DNA of 64,000 nucleotides from Lysobacterales bacterium (GTDB lineage Bacteria; Pseudomonadota; Gammaproteobacteria; Xanthomonadales; SZUA-5): NCBI GenBank assembly GCA_022844135.1, contig JALHMG010000028.1, positions 12,875 to 76,874 of the forward strand, read 5' to 3'. Shown piece by piece: positions 61,853 to 64,000 of this stretch (position 1 is its first letter; each line of letters starts with the position of its first letter). The notes under the pieces were generated by a model. It saw only the letters and a program-made list of their open reading frames with translations, ran no database searches and was not told where the DNA came from. The position numbers and the translations under genes were made by a program.

Positions 61853-63619
61853 TCAGGCTTCTTCCGCTTGCTGCAGCGCCCAGAGCCGGGCATAGGCGCC
61901 GCCGGCCGCAAGCAAGGCCTCGTGTGTTCCGCGCTCGACGATACGGCCTTCGCTCATCACGATGATCTGATCGGCGCTGGCGATCGTCGACAAACGATGT
62001 GCGATCACGAGCGTCGTCCGTTCCTGCGCAATGGCATCGAGTTGCGCCTGTATCTCGCGCTCGGTGGCGGAGTCCAGCGCACTGGTGGCTTCGTCGAACA
62101 GCAGGATGGGCGGATTCTTGAGCAAGGTTCGCGCGATCGCGACGCGTTGCTTCTCGCCGCCCGACAACTTCAAGCCGCGCTCGCCGACGATCGTCTCATA
62201 GCCATCCGGCAGCGACTCGATGAATTCGTGGATTCGCGCGCGGCGCGCCGCGTCGATGATCCGCTCATGCGAGGCAGTTACATCGCCATAAGCGATGTTG
62301 CGATAGAGCGTGTCGTTGAACAGCACCGTATCCTGAGGCACGATGCCGATCGCATGCCGCAGGCTGTGTTGCGTCACGTTGCGCAGGTCCATGCCGTCGA
62401 TGCGAATCGCGCCGCTGCGGACATCGTAGAAGCGATACAACAGCCGCGCCAAGGTGCTCTTGCCGGCCCCGCTGGCGCCCACGACCGCCACCGTGTGCCC
62501 GGCAGGCACCGTAAACGACACATCGAACAGAATCGGCCGACGGTCATCGTACGCAAAGCTCACATTCTCGAAGCGAATCTCGCCGCCGCGAACCTGCAGG
62601 TCCGGCGCTTCGGGCGCATCCTGAACCTCGCGTTTCTCTTCCAGCAATTCGAACATCTTGCCCATGTCCGACAGCGCCTGCTTGATGTCGCGATACATCA
62701 TGCCGAGGATGTTCAGCGGTACGAACAGCTGGATGAGCAAGGTATTGATCAACACCAGGTCGCCAATCGTCATGCGCTTTGCAGCGACCTCGCTCGCCGC
62801 CAGCCACATTAATGTCGTCAGGCCCAGCGCAATGACGATTGCCTGCGCTGCGTTCAGCACGCCCAGCGTGAACCAGGATTTCTCCGCGGCCGCCTGCCAG
62901 TGATCGAGTCCTTTGTCGTAGCGCGCCGCTTCGTGCGCTTCGTTCGCAAAATACTTGACCGTCTCGTAGTTCAGCAGGCTGTCGACGGCGAGCGCGGCGG
63001 ATTCGTGGTCGGATTCGATCATCTTCCGGTAGTAGCGCGTGCGCCATTCCGTAACGACAATCGTCACCGCCACATACGCCGCAAGCGTGGCGAGCGTGGT
63101 CAAGGCGAACACGTTTGGATATGCGTACATCAGAAACGCCGTGGCGATTGCGATCTCGAACAGCGTCGGCGCGATCGTAATAACGCAGTAGTAGAGAAAA
63201 TCCTCCATCGCGCCGGTTCCGCGTTCGATCACCCGGGCCAGACCGCCGGTACGGCGTTCGAGATGGAATCTAAGGCCCAACGCATGCAAGTGATTGAAGG
63301 TATCGAGTGCGGCGCGCCGGCGCGCCCCGATGTGCACACGCGCGAACAGGATCGTGCGCATTTCGCCAGCGATCGCGGCCAGCAAACGCAATGCGCCGTA
63401 ACCCAGCAACAAGGCGATTGGGACAGCGATCCATTGCTCAGATGGTGTCAGCGCATCGACGATCGCCTTGAAGCCGATCGGCACACCGAGGTTGGCGAGT
63501 TTGGCGATCGTGAGCAGTGCCAGTACCAGGGCAATGCGCCATCGGTAGCGATATGCGTAGGGCGCGAGTGCCTGAAACACGCGCGCAAGCGCCGCGCGTT
63601 GCTGTGTCTTTTCGTTCAT
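61853..63619 (-). CDS. ABC transporter, fused permease/ATPase exporter (MsbA/ATM1-like)
   Basis: Six-transmembrane N-terminal domain, Walker A GASGAGKST, ABC signature LSGGEKQRVAIAR, Walker B ILLFDEATSALD; 588 aa. Confidence 0.85.
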   Translation of the reverse strand: MNEKTQQRAALARVFQALAPYAYRYRWRIALVLALLTIAKLANLGVPIGFKAIVDALTPSEQWIAVPIALLLGYGALRLLAAIAGEMRTILFARVHIGARRRAALDTFNHLHALGLRFHLERRTGGLARVIERGTGAMEDFLYYCVITIAPTLFEIAIATAFLMYAYPNVFALTTLATLAAYVAVTIVVTEWRTRYYRKMIESDHESAALAVDSLLNYETVKYFANEAHEAARYDKGLDHWQAAAEKSWFTLGVLNAAQAIVIALGLTTLMWLAASEVAAKRMTIGDLVLINTLLIQLFVPLNILGMMYRDIKQALSDMGKMFELLEEKREVQDAPEAPDLQVRGGEIRFENVSFAYDDRRPILFDVSFTVPAGHTVAVVGASGAGKSTLARLLYRFYDVRSGAIRIDGMDLRNVTQHSLRHAIGIVPQDTVLFNDTLYRNIAYGDVTASHERIIDAARRARIHEFIESLPDGYETIVGERGLKLSGGEKQRVAIARTLLKNPPILLFDEATSALDSATEREIQAQLDAIAQERTTLVIAHRLSTIASADQIIVMSEGRIVERGTHEALLAAGGAYARLWALQQAEEA

Positions 63620-63621
63620 GC

Positions 63622-63790
63622 GCGAACTCTAGCAGGCTGTTGAGAAACGGCCTGCTAGCGCGAACCATGGATGGTTCGCACATTGATCAAGCACGTAAGT
63701 GTTTGATCAATGTAGAGCGAGTCCGGACATGCGCCGGACTCGCGACTTGAGAAACGCACAGGAAGTGCGTTTCTCAACATCGTGCTAGGC
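63622..63790. repeat. Array of five consecutive perfect stem-loops upstream of the ABC exporter gene
   Basis: CTAGCAGGC-TGTTGAGAAACG-GCCTGCTAG; GCGAACCATGGATGGTTCGC; CATTGATCAA-GCACGTAAGTGT-TTGATCAATG; GAGTCCGGACATGCGCCGGACTC; GAGAAACGCACAGGAAGTGCGTTTCTC. An outer GTTGAGAAACG / CGTTTCTCAAC inverted repeat encloses the set. Confidence 0.45.
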
Positions 63791-63881
63791 GAACTGGCGC
63801 TCCGATTGCGCCTGGCACAGAGGTGCAGGCGGCATTCCAATCCGCCGACTTAAAGCTCAGGCAGGCTGCGACATCGAGGTC

Positions 63882-64000
63882 CTAGCCCGGATATTTCATG
63901 AGGGAACGCGGAAGATCGCGAAGGGCTTTGCGCCGGAATCGAGGCGGGAGGAGGAGGAATGGTTGTTCCATTGCGACGACGAGCAACGAAGAGTCCGGCG
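63882..64000. repeat. MITE-like repeat element, copy 2 (5' ~110 bp; cut by the window edge)
   Basis: Positions 63891-64000 match 43891-44000 with 2 substitutions. The flanking CTAGCCCGG matches the CTAACCCGC flank of copy 1. Confidence 0.55.

Noticed and set aside
61838-63643. Plus-strand ORFs of 324 and 247 aa
   Set aside because: Antisense to the ABC exporter gene.
43891-64000. Exact 20,000-bp offset between the two MITE-like copies as a sign of an artificial or tandem segmental duplication
   Set aside because: Only ~110 bp match, with 2 substitutions and different flanks. The surrounding genes are unrelated. I treat the exact offset as coincidence, though an assembly check is cheap.

Overview
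This is a high-GC (~65-68%) chromosomal segment of a gammaproteobacterium, probably Xanthomonadales-like, and is mostly core housekeeping genes. Nearly all calls are on the minus strand up to about 25.5 kb, then mostly on the plus strand. Coordinates I derived by hand (gene starts reset inside track ORFs, repeat ends, the frameshift site) may be off by 1-2 nt relative to the ORF-track coordinates.

Core genes recognised:
- The complete F1Fo ATP synthase operon atpIBEFHAGDC, on the minus strand at 12.7-20.8 kb.
- exbB-exbD, greB and class I fumarase.
- Several genes on the plus strand: a yceH-like protein, an M3 peptidase (Dcp), frmA/frmB for formaldehyde detoxification, tesB, and a lipid A/LPS-core glycosyltransferase cluster (GT4, an O-antigen-ligase-like protein, GT2, LpxL).
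- An ECF sigma factor with its anti-sigma factor, and an MsbA-like ABC exporter.

Accessory or unusual content:
- A two-gene operon of giant secreted beta-helix/Ig-like/cadherin-like surface proteins at 1-10,325. The downstream gene has its signal peptide in a different frame from its body, so there is a frameshift or an in-frame amber codon.
- A hicB-hicA toxin-antitoxin pair inserted between atpG and atpD inside the atp operon.
- A putative small-molecule biosynthetic operon (thermostable-hemolysin-family GNAT-fold protein, acyl-AMP ligase, heme-oxygenase-like TenA/PqqC-like enzyme, SDR, TPR lipoprotein), followed by an OmpR-type two-component system and a GGDEF cyclase.
- A membrane-bound CheA-like kinase with a PilJ/NarX-type periplasmic sensor and no CheW or P2 domains, co-operonic with CheY and CheX. 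Facing it is a TPR hybrid histidine kinase followed by a secreted protein and a tachylectin-like beta-propeller protein.
- Several MITE-like or structured repeat elements: a 237-bp element with 29-bp perfect terminal inverted repeats at 10.4 kb; a ~255-bp element present in two copies (43.9 kb and 63.9 kb, the second cut by the window edge); a large inverted repeat at 23.8 kb; a five-hairpin array at 63.6 kb; and a degenerate tRNA-Phe-like element with an adjacent tRNA 3'-end-like fragment near 48.1 kb.

No CRISPR array, rRNA or obvious prophage or transposase gene was seen.
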